Both the position numbers and the translations under genes were made by a program. A stretch of DNA of 64,000 nt from contig JBITAJ010000015.1 of assembly GCA_044440125.1 (NCBI GenBank), positions 96,001 through 160,000 on the forward strand, given 5' to 3'. Below the pieces are notes generated by a model. That model was not told where the DNA came from. It made no database searches and saw nothing but the letters and a program-made list of their open reading frames with translations. This document shows positions 17,639 to 27,911 of this stretch, piece after piece (the stretch's first letter is position 1; the number at the start of each line of letters is the position of its first letter). This stretch comes from Sedimentisphaeraceae bacterium JB056 (GTDB lineage Bacteria > Planctomycetota > Phycisphaerae > Sedimentisphaerales > Sedimentisphaeraceae).

Positions 17639-20632
17639 ATGAAGTGGTTGAATTTACTATTAATTCTGGTACTGGCAGGCTATGTTTCCGCTATAGATAT
17701 TTATGTTTCGCCTGATGGTAAAGATTCTGCTGACGGCAGTCTTGAAGCTCCTTATAAGACCATACAAAGGGCAAGAGACCAACTGCGTCACCTCAAAAGC
17801 AATACTGATGAAGAAATCGCTGCGACAGTTTATATAAAGGGCGGTACATATGAGCTGACAGAGACGCTTGAATTCAACGAACTTGACAGTGGAACCGAAG
17901 ATGCTCCGATAGTTTATCGCAACTATGCCGGTCAGGATGTTCATATCGTGGGCGGCCGTCTTTTGAATTCTTCGGCGTTCAGTAAAGTATCGGATGATAA
18001 GGTGCTTGAGAAGCTTAGTGAAGAAGCCCGTGAGAACGTGCTTGAGGCTGATCTCAAAGAGATGGGTATCGCTGACTACGGGCAGTTCGGCCAATACGGA
18101 CATGTCATGGTTATCCCAGCTCCTATGGAACTTTTCTTTGGCGGCAATACGATGCAGATCGCACGTTATCCCAATGAAGGTTACGTTCATATAGGCAAGG
18201 TTATTGATAAAGGTTCGGTGCCGCGTATGGGTGATTACAGTAATCGCGGCGGAACGTTTGAATATACCGACCCGCGCCATGAAAAGTGGGCAGGGGTGGA
18301 AGATATTTGGCTTCAGGGAACGTTCAATAACGGCTATTCTGATGACAATATCCGTGTCGAATCCATTGATCCCCAAAGCGGACAGGTTAAACTGGCCCAG
18401 CCGTATCTTTACGGTCTGGCTTCAGGAAGGCACCATCAGCATTATTACGCCTACAATATCCTTTGCGAACTCGATAGCCCCGGTGAATATTATATAAATC
18501 GTAATACCGGAAAACTTTACTTCTGGCCGCCTTCGGATATCAATTCCTCTGATGCAGTAGTTTCAATGTTTGATGATCCGATCATTGCTATGGAAGGTGT
18601 GGAGTATATTACTCTTGAAGGTCTTACAGTGGAGGCATCACGGGGCATAGGTATCTATGTTGAGCGTGCTAATAATAATACTATTGCAGGGTGTACTGTA
18701 CGCAATACCGGAACAAGCGGTATATTCATGGGCATGGGAGCACATCAGACGTTTCCATTGCTAACTCATAACGATTATGAAGGCGTGCCGCGCAGCCGCC
18801 GTGTTGGAAGTTACCAAGGGCATATGTACCTGAATACCACATGGGACAGAAAAGCCGGAAATAACAACAAAGTGATAAGCTGTGACATTTATAATACCGG
18901 CAGCGGAGGAATACAACTCAGCGGCGGAAGCAAGAGGCATCTTATAAACGGCAACAGCGAAGTGGTCAATTGCAAACTGTATAATTTTAACAGACGTAAC
19001 AAATTCCTCTGGGCTGGCATTAACGTTGATGGGTGCGGCAATCGTATCGCAAACTGCGATATATCAGACAGCCATTTTCAGGCGATATATGTTCGGGGTA
19101 ATGAGCATGTTTTTGAATACAACTACATTCATCAGATCGCAAAGGATTCTGATGATACATCAGCATGGTATCTTGGACGCGATCCCAGCGACCGCGGCAA
19201 CATAGTACGTTACAATTTTTTCTATGATGTCGGCAGGGAAGACAGGAGCGTGATGGGCGTCTATTGCGACGATGCTACAACTGATGTTAAGGTGATCGGC
19301 AATATCTTCTATAAGGTCGGTCAGGGAAGAGCAACGGTATTTAGCAATGCCGGACAGGATTTGCTGGTTAAAAACAATATATTCGTGGATTGCGGCAGTG
19401 CCGTTGAGCTGAGTTCATTCTTTTACACATGGGGAAGAACTAAGGGGCCTCACGGTCAGCCCCAGGCCGGCGGGATATTCTATGAGCTCTTCGAAAATCC
19501 GGGCGTATATCCGGTACGACTGGGCAAGGTTAATTTTAAGCAGCCCCCTTACAGTGAAAAGTATCCCGGTCTCACCGACTGGTTAGACAGGCTCCCCGAT
19601 GAGCCGCAGGGCTATGTGGGCATTCGTCCAAGAAGAAACCTTATGATAAACAACGTCCTGTATAACTGCAAGGAAAAAGTCAACTATAAAGGCGATTATG
19701 CTCAGTTTGAGACGAAAAATAATTTTGTTGCCGATAAAAATCCAGGCTTTGTTGATCTGGCAAATCTTGACATGAGACTCAAAGATGATTCGGTTGTTTA
19801 TGATGAAATCCCGGGTTTTGAGCGTATACCTTTCGAGAAAATAGGTCTCTACGATGACGAATACCGCAAATCAGAAAGTGATAAATATTCGAATGAGCCC
19901 AGCAGCGGCAAAGAACTTGAAGAAAAGACTTCCGCCGAACAGGTAACAGAGTACGACCCTTCACAGGATATGTCGCTTTCACCTCAGCAACGTAAGTGGG
20001 AGTTGACCCTTAAAGAGAATCTTGGCGACTTCTATTATCCGATATATCTCAGGGAGCGTGCTAAAGGCACAGAGCAGGCGTGGGATTACGTCGAAGATGA
20101 TCCGAAACTGCCGAGAATGCTTGTGATCGGAGACTCTATCTCCCGTGGATATACTCTGCCTCTGCGTCACAGTCTTGAAGGCAAGGCCAATGTCCACAGG
20201 GCACCGGCTAATTGCGGACCTACGACAAAAGGTCTCGAAAAACTTTCCATATGGCTTGATGAAGGAAAATGGGATATTATATCTTTTAATTTCGGAATAC
20301 ACGACAGAAACACGCCACTGGATGTCTACAATGATAATCTTCGCGAGCTGGTCAGCCGGTTGAAAAAGACTGGAGCAAAGCTTGTATGGGTTAGTTCAAC
20401 TCCGATACCTCCGGGTGCTGATATATATGTTGAAGGCGCCATTGATAATATGAATGCGGCTGCCGAAATGATAATGAAAGAAAATGAAATACCCATTATT
20501 AATCTTCATGATTATATACAACCGGTTATCGGACAATATCAATTGCCGAATAATTGTCATTATAAAAGTGAGGGATATGAATATATGGGGCATTTTCTTG
20601 CTTCGCAGATAGAAAAGCAACTACAAAGTTAA
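17639..20632 (+). CDS. GH141-like beta-helix protein fused to a C-terminal SGNH/GDSL esterase
   Basis: IYVSPDGKD...PYKTIQRA, ARYPN, ELDSPGEYY, DDTSAWY, GVYCDD; then IGDSISRGY, NFGIHD, NCHY. Confidence 0.8.
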   Translation: MKWLNLLLILVLAGYVSAIDIYVSPDGKDSADGSLEAPYKTIQRARDQLRHLKSNTDEEIAATVYIKGGTYELTETLEFNELDSGTEDAPIVYRNYAGQDVHIVGGRLLNSSAFSKVSDDKVLEKLSEEARENVLEADLKEMGIADYGQFGQYGHVMVIPAPMELFFGGNTMQIARYPNEGYVHIGKVIDKGSVPRMGDYSNRGGTFEYTDPRHEKWAGVEDIWLQGTFNNGYSDDNIRVESIDPQSGQVKLAQPYLYGLASGRHHQHYYAYNILCELDSPGEYYINRNTGKLYFWPPSDINSSDAVVSMFDDPIIAMEGVEYITLEGLTVEASRGIGIYVERANNNTIAGCTVRNTGTSGIFMGMGAHQTFPLLTHNDYEGVPRSRRVGSYQGHMYLNTTWDRKAGNNNKVISCDIYNTGSGGIQLSGGSKRHLINGNSEVVNCKLYNFNRRNKFLWAGINVDGCGNRIANCDISDSHFQAIYVRGNEHVFEYNYIHQIAKDSDDTSAWYLGRDPSDRGNIVRYNFFYDVGREDRSVMGVYCDDATTDVKVIGNIFYKVGQGRATVFSNAGQDLLVKNNIFVDCGSAVELSSFFYTWGRTKGPHGQPQAGGIFYELFENPGVYPVRLGKVNFKQPPYSEKYPGLTDWLDRLPDEPQGYVGIRPRRNLMINNVLYNCKEKVNYKGDYAQFETKNNFVADKNPGFVDLANLDMRLKDDSVVYDEIPGFERIPFEKIGLYDDEYRKSESDKYSNEPSSGKELEEKTSAEQVTEYDPSQDMSLSPQQRKWELTLKENLGDFYYPIYLRERAKGTEQAWDYVEDDPKLPRMLVIGDSISRGYTLPLRHSLEGKANVHRAPANCGPTTKGLEKLSIWLDEGKWDIISFNFGIHDRNTPLDVYNDNLRELVSRLKKTGAKLVWVSSTPIPPGADIYVEGAIDNMNAAAEMIMKENEIPIINLHDYIQPVIGQYQLPNNCHYKSEGYEYMGHFLASQIEKQLQS

Positions 20633-20644
20633 GAAAGGCTACAA

Positions 20645-22420
20645 GTGCATCTTACTATTTATGATTATTGTGTCATAGCATTTTATCTTGTTTTTATGTT
20701 TTCGCTGGGGCCGATATATAAGAGCTTCAGCAAGACTTCCAGCGATTATTTCCGCGGCGGTGGAACTATGCTCTGGTGGATAGTCGGTATCTCATCGGTA
20801 ATGACCGGCTTTTCGGCCATGGCGTTTGTCGGCACTGCTGCGAAGACTTACGAAACCGGAACTTTTTATCTCGTGCTCTGGGCCTGCGGCACGGCGGCCT
20901 TGGTCTTTATGTTTTTCTTCACCGCCGCAAAATACAGACAAATGCGTGTTGTTACTGCCGTGGAAGCTGTACGTGATCGTTTTGGGAAAGCTAATGAACA
21001 GATATTCACTTGGCTGCTGATACCCACATTTCTCATATGGGGCGGCGTAGGATTATATGCAATCGCTGTTTTTATGAGTGGCGTTTTTGGTTTCAATATG
21101 GAAATAACGATTATCTCGCTCTCGGCTGCGGTTGTAGGTATGACTCTTCTGGGCGGCAGTTGGGCGGCTACCGCTGGCGACTTTGTACAGATGCTGATTG
21201 TGTTCTGCATAACTATGCTGATGGCCTTTCTCGTATTACGACATCCTGATATAGGGGGATTCAGCGGTCTGCTTCATAAATTACCTGATTATCATTTCAA
21301 CTGGACCGGCTTTGCGCGTCCGGGCGTTTTGATATTCTTTATTGTTATGCTGTTTTTCAATCAATTGATGGTTATGAACAGCATTGCCATGGGAGCGGCC
21401 AAATATGTATTCGTTAAAACAGGTGCCGATGCAAAGAAAGCCGTTCTGCTTACTATAATCGGCCTGACTTTCGTTACCCCGCTGCTGCTGATACCTCCTG
21501 CCGCGGCAACTATTTTCTTCCCTGATCTAACGCAGGATTATGGTAATTTGAACAATCCTAATGAAGCGGCATATGTTGCCATGGCAATTAAATTTCTGCC
21601 ACAGGGACTTTTGGGTATGCTGATATGTGCGGTGTTCGCATCGAGCCTGACATCAATGAACAGCAGTCTTAATACAATAACCGCTACTTTTGTGCGAAAT
21701 TTCTACATAGAGCTGATAGATAAAAAGGCCTCTGAGCAAAAACAGATATTCATTGGCCGTATATTCATGCTTGTATTCGGGGTCGTTCTGGTAGGCATAG
21801 CACTTGTCTTTAAGAACATGAAAGGTCTTCAGCTTTTTGATCTTATGATACTTGTTGCAGCATCTATAAATATTCCGCTTTCAGTACCAACGTTTCTTGG
21901 AATATTTATCAAGAAAACGCCATCATGGGCCGGCTGGGGAACGATGGTTGTGGGTATGTCTGCCGCGATGATATCGAGATTTTTTCTCTCAAACGATTTG
22001 ATAGAGAGCAGCGTTTCCGGTATTTTTACGCTTTCAACACCTCTTAGCGCAAGAGAGTTGGGTGATCTTAATATCGCAATAACCACCGCGATAATGCTCC
22101 TGGTCTGCAACGGATTTTTCTTTTTCTCCATGCTTTTCTACAAGCCTGACGAAGAGGAGAAGAAGCGTGTTGATGGTTTCTTCAAACGAATGAATACGCC
22201 GGTAGATGTTGAAAAAGAACATGGGCCGACTTACGAAAGTGACAAACGGCAGGTTGGTGTTTTGGGTAATCTGAGCCTCGTTTATGGCTGTTTTATTGTC
22301 TTGATGCTTCTAATTCCTAATGAAATGAAGTCAAGATTACATATAGCGATTATAGCAGCTGTTATTCTTGGTTTTGGTATCACATTGAAGTATATTGCAA
22401 AGAAGTACAGAAATGGTTAA
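20645..22420 (+). CDS. Sodium:solute symporter (SSS) family transporter
   Basis: DYFRGGG..WW..G.S..M..FSA..F.G, TDF-like GDFVQ, LPQGLLG; about 14 hydrophobic segments; GTG start. Confidence 0.9.
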   Translation: MHLTIYDYCVIAFYLVFMFSLGPIYKSFSKTSSDYFRGGGTMLWWIVGISSVMTGFSAMAFVGTAAKTYETGTFYLVLWACGTAALVFMFFFTAAKYRQMRVVTAVEAVRDRFGKANEQIFTWLLIPTFLIWGGVGLYAIAVFMSGVFGFNMEITIISLSAAVVGMTLLGGSWAATAGDFVQMLIVFCITMLMAFLVLRHPDIGGFSGLLHKLPDYHFNWTGFARPGVLIFFIVMLFFNQLMVMNSIAMGAAKYVFVKTGADAKKAVLLTIIGLTFVTPLLLIPPAAATIFFPDLTQDYGNLNNPNEAAYVAMAIKFLPQGLLGMLICAVFASSLTSMNSSLNTITATFVRNFYIELIDKKASEQKQIFIGRIFMLVFGVVLVGIALVFKNMKGLQLFDLMILVAASINIPLSVPTFLGIFIKKTPSWAGWGTMVVGMSAAMISRFFLSNDLIESSVSGIFTLSTPLSARELGDLNIAITTAIMLLVCNGFFFFSMLFYKPDEEEKKRVDGFFKRMNTPVDVEKEHGPTYESDKRQVGVLGNLSLVYGCFIVLMLLIPNEMKSRLHIAIIAAVILGFGITLKYIAKKYRNG

Positions 22421-22426
22421 ACTTTT

Positions 22427-24667
22427 ATGAATTGCAAAATGTGCAAAAATTTACGTAGTCTTATGCCTCTGATTGTTTTTAGCATGATAATTTGTTTCTC
22501 ATGGGAAACGCTGGCTCGGCCGAAAGCAAATTCTATAGCTTATTACGTTGCATCTGATGCAGATGGAAGTGGTGATGGTTCAATAAGAAGCCCTTTCTCC
22601 TCTCTTGAACAGGCAAGAGATGCTCTTCGCTGCTTAAAAGAGGATGGTGAGCTTGAGGCTTCCGTTACTATTTATCTTCGTGGCGGTGATTATTTTATCA
22701 ATGACTCATTTAAGCTTGATCAGAGAGATTCCGGCTCTTCGGATTACAGGGTAACCTATTGTGCTTATAACGATGAGAAGGTGAGATTTATTGGCGGCGT
22801 CAGTATTCCCCTTTCAGAGTTTGAGGAAGTAACTGACAAATCAATACTTGATAGACTGCCTGATGAATCATCTGGTAAGGTTCTTAAAGTAAATCTTAAA
22901 AAGAGAGGTATAACGGATTATGGAAAAATGTCTCTCTATGGTCATAGTATGGGTTTTCTCAATGCTGTTACTAAATTCAAATCAGGAGCAGCTTCCTCTC
23001 AGTTATTTTATAATGATGAGTCTATGCAGATAGCCAGATGGCCTAATGACGACTTTGCTAAGATAGATGAAGTCGTGCAAGCCGGTTCTGTTCCGCGGCA
23101 TTGGATGGATGATATGAAAGGCTCTGATAATAAGAGTGTATTAGCTACATATATCCAGCCAGAGGATCGTGAAGATCCGCCGCTTGGATTCAAGATAAAG
23201 ATATCTGATGATCGTATAAAACGCTGGACTAAGGCTGAAGATATATGGATGTTCGGATACTGGTACTGGGACTGGTCCGATCAGAGTGTTGAGGTTGAGA
23301 GCATTGATTTCGAGAATAATATTATATCCAGCGTTCAGCCCAGTGCTTACGGCGTGCGTGAGAAACAGCGATTCTATGTGTATAATCTTCTCGAAGAGAT
23401 AGACATGCCGGGTGAGTGGTATCTGGACAGGCAAACCGGTGATCTTTATTTCTATCCGCCTGCTGATGCTTCCGGAGGTGATGTAAAGCTTTCACTGCTT
23501 GACAAACCTATGATCGAGATGAAGGATGTTCACAATGTAACTGTCAAGGGTATTGATATAAGCGTTTCGAGAAGCAGTGCGTTTGTGATAAAAGATGGCG
23601 GCAACTGTCTTGTATCTGACTGCATGGTAAGCAAGGTAGGCGGTACGGCAATTTCCACTAGTGGTGGTAAGGCTCATGGCGTCAAGAATTGTGTTGTCTT
23701 TGATGTAGCCGCAAGTGGTATTTCTGTCAGTGGCGGTGATCGTCATACGCTTTCTCCGGCAGGTCATTACGTGGAAAACTGTCATATACACAGCTTCGGC
23801 AGAATGGCCAAGACATACAATCCCGCCATAAGCATCAGCGGTGTAGGCAACAGGGCAGTTCACAACGAAATACACAACGGCCCCCATGCCGGACTTATCT
23901 TTGGCGGTAACGACCACATAATAGCCTACAACGAGATATACGACGTGGTCAACGAATCGCAGGATATGGGCGCGATCTATTGCGGCAGGGACCTTACCGG
24001 TCGCGGCAATGTTATAAAGCATAACTTCATACACGATGTGAAAGGTGTTGAAGGGGGCCATCCCAACCTTATACACGGCATATATTTTGATGATATGTAT
24101 TCAGGCTGTTACGTTATCGGCAATGTATTCAGTAATATGCCTACCGGCGTACTGGTGAACGGCGGCCGCGACCATACCATCGATAACAACATATTCGTCA
24201 ATATATCTAATAAACCTGTTATCCTTGCCACCTCCGGTTTTATGAGCTGGTCTGCCAAGCATTGGAAAAATCATGCCTATGGTCTCAACAGCGATCCAAG
24301 GAGGGCTGATGTTGAAAGCCAGGGCGGCAGTGCCGTGCCGTGGGATAGGGCCCCGTATGACAAGTATCCTCATATGACCAATATACGTGAGGATGAGCCA
24401 AAACATCCCAAGTATAACAGCGTGGCGAAAAATGTATTCTACAATTCGCCCGATATGTATATCTGGATAAGGGGCGAAATTGATTTTGGCGAGGAAATGG
24501 TTCGCGGTTATTCGAACATAAGAGATAATTTCCTGGCTCAGAATGATCCGGGATTTGAAGATGCTGAGGATATGGCGTTTTCACTTAAAAGTGATTCGGT
24601 TGTTTATCAGAAGATATCCGGTTTCGAGCCGATACCCTTCGATACGATCGGCCCTGTAACTAAATAA
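22427..24667 (+). CDS. Secreted GH141-like beta-helix protein
   Basis: YYVASD...PFSSLEQA, YLRGGDY, ARWPN, NLLEEIDMPGEWYLD, QDMGAIY, GIYFDD. Confidence 0.78.
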   Translation: MNCKMCKNLRSLMPLIVFSMIICFSWETLARPKANSIAYYVASDADGSGDGSIRSPFSSLEQARDALRCLKEDGELEASVTIYLRGGDYFINDSFKLDQRDSGSSDYRVTYCAYNDEKVRFIGGVSIPLSEFEEVTDKSILDRLPDESSGKVLKVNLKKRGITDYGKMSLYGHSMGFLNAVTKFKSGAASSQLFYNDESMQIARWPNDDFAKIDEVVQAGSVPRHWMDDMKGSDNKSVLATYIQPEDREDPPLGFKIKISDDRIKRWTKAEDIWMFGYWYWDWSDQSVEVESIDFENNIISSVQPSAYGVREKQRFYVYNLLEEIDMPGEWYLDRQTGDLYFYPPADASGGDVKLSLLDKPMIEMKDVHNVTVKGIDISVSRSSAFVIKDGGNCLVSDCMVSKVGGTAISTSGGKAHGVKNCVVFDVAASGISVSGGDRHTLSPAGHYVENCHIHSFGRMAKTYNPAISISGVGNRAVHNEIHNGPHAGLIFGGNDHIIAYNEIYDVVNESQDMGAIYCGRDLTGRGNVIKHNFIHDVKGVEGGHPNLIHGIYFDDMYSGCYVIGNVFSNMPTGVLVNGGRDHTIDNNIFVNISNKPVILATSGFMSWSAKHWKNHAYGLNSDPRRADVESQGGSAVPWDRAPYDKYPHMTNIREDEPKHPKYNSVAKNVFYNSPDMYIWIRGEIDFGEEMVRGYSNIRDNFLAQNDPGFEDAEDMAFSLKSDSVVYQKISGFEPIPFDTIGPVTK

Positions 24668-24700
24668 TCAAACGATAAAATTCGGGAAAGGATAATCATA

Positions 24701-26824
24701 ATGAAAAAAACTGTACTTATTTTATTCATTTGTTCGTTAGTATTCGCAAGAGATTTTTACGTTTCACCCGAGGGTCGCGATGATGCCGGGGGCAATGGCA
24801 GCAAAGACAGGCCCGTAGCTTCTGTCGCCAGAGCGGTTGAGAGGGCGGCAAAGTTTATTGAATTGAGAGGATGCCCCGAAGAAGGTATTGTCATCAACGT
24901 AGACGCCGGTGTTTACCGCATAGATGAGACGATAAAGATCGATAAAACCCTTAGCGGCAGCGAGAACGGCCAGATCGTTATTAAAGCAGCAGACGGCGGC
25001 AAGGTTGAGATAATCGGCGGTCCGAAGTTTACTCTCAGCGAGTTTTCTCCGGTAACGGACCCCGAAATAGAAAAGCGTCTCCATCCTGCAGCCAAAGGAA
25101 AAGCAGTTGTGCTTGATCTTAAAAAACGCGGCATTACCGAATACGGCCAGTTGCCGTTATATGGCCACAGTATGTATTGTCTTAACGCCAAGACCCGCTA
25201 CAAGAGCGGCGGCCAGGCTCCAGAGTTGTTTTTCAACGCCAAGCCGCTTACCATAGCCCGCTGGCCCAACGAAGGCTTTGCTAAAACCGGCTCAGTCGTT
25301 GAAAAGGGCGATATCATAAGGGACTGGATGGATGATCGCAAGGGCCAGGATGCTTACGTTGCACCCGAGCAGCGCAACGACCCGCCCAAAGGCATCGCTT
25401 TCAAAATGGATAAAGAGCGTCTCGAAAGGTGGAAGAATGCCGAGGATATCTGGCTCTATGGATACTGGTTCAACAATTGGTCCGATCAGACGCTTCAGGT
25501 GGCCGGTATTGATGCCCAAGAGGGCATAATCCGCAGCGTTCAGCCCAGCGGCTACGGTGTGAAAAAGGATCAGCGGTTCTACGCGTTCAACCTCCTGGAG
25601 GAAATGGACGAGCCGGGAGAATGGTATCTCGACCGCTCAAAAGGTAAGCTCTATTTGATCCCGCCGGAAAACGACCCGGATGCGGAGCTTCACTTATCTT
25701 TGCTTAAAGATAAGTTTATGGCAATTGATGGCGTATCTAACTTGCTCATAGAGGGCATAGACTTCGGGTACACGCGAGGCAGCGGCATAGATATTGATAA
25801 TTCCAGCAGCGTAAAACTTTTGGACTGCAAAGTCGCCAATACAGGCAGCTACGGCATACGCATTCAGGGCGGCAAAAATAATTCAGTTGTCAGATGTGAA
25901 GTGTTTAACAATGGCAGCGGCGGCATAACTGTCAACGGCGGAAATGTAAACACTTTGACCCCAGCCGGTCATTTCGTCGAAAATTGCCTTATCTACGATT
26001 ATGCACGTATAGAAAAGACTTACAAACCGGCAATCAATCTCTCCGGTGTAGGCAATCGTGCCTCTCATAACGAAATACATTCCGGAGCTCATATGGCTGT
26101 AGGCTTCAGTGGAAATAATCATATTATCGAGTTTAATCATATATATGATGTTGCTCGGGAGACTGATGATATGTCGGCCATATATTCGGGTCGCTCATGG
26201 TATTCCCGCGGTACCGTAATACGCTATAACCTCCTTCGCAACATTACCGGCTATAAGGCCGGCACTCACCGCGTTTCGGGCGTATATCTTGATGACGGTA
26301 TCAGCGGTATTACGGTTGAAGGCAACATCTTTCTTAACGTCGCGCAGGGGCTGATGTTCAACGGCGGACGTGATAATACCGCAGTGAATAACATATTTAT
26401 TGATGTAGAGAATATGGCTCGCAGCACCAGTCTTAAAGAGGCTTTCAAAGGGTGGGCCGCATCAAGCTGGAAGACGCTCAATGAAAATATACGCAAAATG
26501 CCGATAAACGAGGAGCCCTGGCACAGTGCCTACCCCCATCTTGCGAATATGCTGGAAGATGAGCCGGAATTGCCAAAGTATACGACTATAAAGAATAACC
26601 TGCGTTACAACTCGCCGATAATAATCAGCAAGGAAGGCATACACGAGGTTGTAACTGAGTTTGGTGATGTCCAAAACAATCTTGAGATTGATAAAAAACC
26701 CGGCAGTTACGATTCTCAAAGCGGCCATTTCAAATTCGACCCTTCCTCCGGTGTTTTCGATATCATGGGCGATTTGAAGAATATCCCAACTGAGAAAATA
26801 GGAAGAATGAAGAGCGAAAGCTGA
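24701..26824 (+). CDS. Secreted GH141-like beta-helix protein
   Basis: FYVSPEGRD, ARWPN, NLLEEMDEPGEWYLD, DDMSAIY, GVYLDD; close paralog of 22427..24667. Confidence 0.78.
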   Translation: MKKTVLILFICSLVFARDFYVSPEGRDDAGGNGSKDRPVASVARAVERAAKFIELRGCPEEGIVINVDAGVYRIDETIKIDKTLSGSENGQIVIKAADGGKVEIIGGPKFTLSEFSPVTDPEIEKRLHPAAKGKAVVLDLKKRGITEYGQLPLYGHSMYCLNAKTRYKSGGQAPELFFNAKPLTIARWPNEGFAKTGSVVEKGDIIRDWMDDRKGQDAYVAPEQRNDPPKGIAFKMDKERLERWKNAEDIWLYGYWFNNWSDQTLQVAGIDAQEGIIRSVQPSGYGVKKDQRFYAFNLLEEMDEPGEWYLDRSKGKLYLIPPENDPDAELHLSLLKDKFMAIDGVSNLLIEGIDFGYTRGSGIDIDNSSSVKLLDCKVANTGSYGIRIQGGKNNSVVRCEVFNNGSGGITVNGGNVNTLTPAGHFVENCLIYDYARIEKTYKPAINLSGVGNRASHNEIHSGAHMAVGFSGNNHIIEFNHIYDVARETDDMSAIYSGRSWYSRGTVIRYNLLRNITGYKAGTHRVSGVYLDDGISGITVEGNIFLNVAQGLMFNGGRDNTAVNNIFIDVENMARSTSLKEAFKGWAASSWKTLNENIRKMPINEEPWHSAYPHLANMLEDEPELPKYTTIKNNLRYNSPIIISKEGIHEVVTEFGDVQNNLEIDKKPGSYDSQSGHFKFDPSSGVFDIMGDLKNIPTEKIGRMKSES

Positions 26825-26828
26825 ACCG

Positions 26829-27896
26829 ATGAATGACTATATCAACATTGATTCGGCGCAGCTTGATCGACTGGATGCTGTTAAAGAGGGATATAAGCGC
26901 CTCTATGAACAACCGTCTCAGTGCCGTCCGATGATAATAATAAATGTTGTCGGCGGCAGATCGGTAAGCTGGGAAGAAAAGCTTGCCGATCCGATGGTGA
27001 TGCTCAGGGCAAAGCTTGACGAGATCAAGCTGCATTTGGCCGTGGAGGATGATATCGTTCCGGCGGCACGTGTCGATTTTGGCACAGGTATAATCGCCTC
27101 GGCTTTCGGTTGTGAGATAACTTATCCGGAGAACAATCTGCCGGCTGTTAAGAGTCATCCTGTAGAAAATACGGCCGATATTTATCGTCTTGAGAAGCCT
27201 CGCCTTAATGCCGGTCTGATAGCCAAAGCCTTTGATTGGATCGGGCTTTGGAAAGAAAACTTGCCCGATTGGATACGTATTCAGCCCTTTGACATACAGG
27301 GTCCGTTCAATAATGCTCACCTGATCCGCGGCAACGACATCCTTCTGGACTTCTATGATGATGCGGCGGCAGTGCAAAAATTGCTTGATATCATTACCGA
27401 TTATACCATTGATGTGGTCAGAGAGATGAATAAGCTTATCGATGTTGAAGACGGTTGGTTCTGTGATTGGGGCGGGGCGTACTGGAAAGGCGCTGCCAGA
27501 ATATCGAATTGTTCGACGGATATGATAAGTCCCCAGTTCTACATCGATAATGTTTTTGATCGTGATGTGCGATTGTTAAGCAGCTTGGGCAGCGGACGTA
27601 TGCACTACTGCGGCAGCCACAGGGCGGTAATAGACGAGTTTTTCAAAAACCCTGCTATTACCGGTCTTGATATTGATGCAAGCATCCATGATTTATGGGA
27701 AGTAGCGGAATCTGCCCCTGAAAAACTTGTTCTCGTATTTCAGGACTATAATGGTGCATTTCCCGATGTGCAGCGTCTTCTCGATGGAGACTGGCCGGAG
27801 AAACGAAATATAGTATTGATAACTAATGTTGAAACAGTAGAGGAAGGTAAAGACCTTAGAGCCAAATTACTGGAATCGATGCCTTACCAAAATTAA
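26829..27896 (+). CDS. Uroporphyrinogen decarboxylase-like / MtaA-CmuA superfamily protein (second, divergent copy)
   Basis: FGTGIIASAFG, DIQGPFNNAHLIRG, MISPQFY, HYCG. No signal peptide. Confidence 0.75.
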   Translation: MNDYINIDSAQLDRLDAVKEGYKRLYEQPSQCRPMIIINVVGGRSVSWEEKLADPMVMLRAKLDEIKLHLAVEDDIVPAARVDFGTGIIASAFGCEITYPENNLPAVKSHPVENTADIYRLEKPRLNAGLIAKAFDWIGLWKENLPDWIRIQPFDIQGPFNNAHLIRGNDILLDFYDDAAAVQKLLDIITDYTIDVVREMNKLIDVEDGWFCDWGGAYWKGAARISNCSTDMISPQFYIDNVFDRDVRLLSSLGSGRMHYCGSHRAVIDEFFKNPAITGLDIDASIHDLWEVAESAPEKLVLVFQDYNGAFPDVQRLLDGDWPEKRNIVLITNVETVEEGKDLRAKLLESMPYQN

Positions 27897-27911
27897 GAAG
27901 GAAACGATATA

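Noticed and set aside
17660..18376. 238-aa antisense ORF
   Set aside because: Shadow of the beta-helix gene with no recognisable domain.
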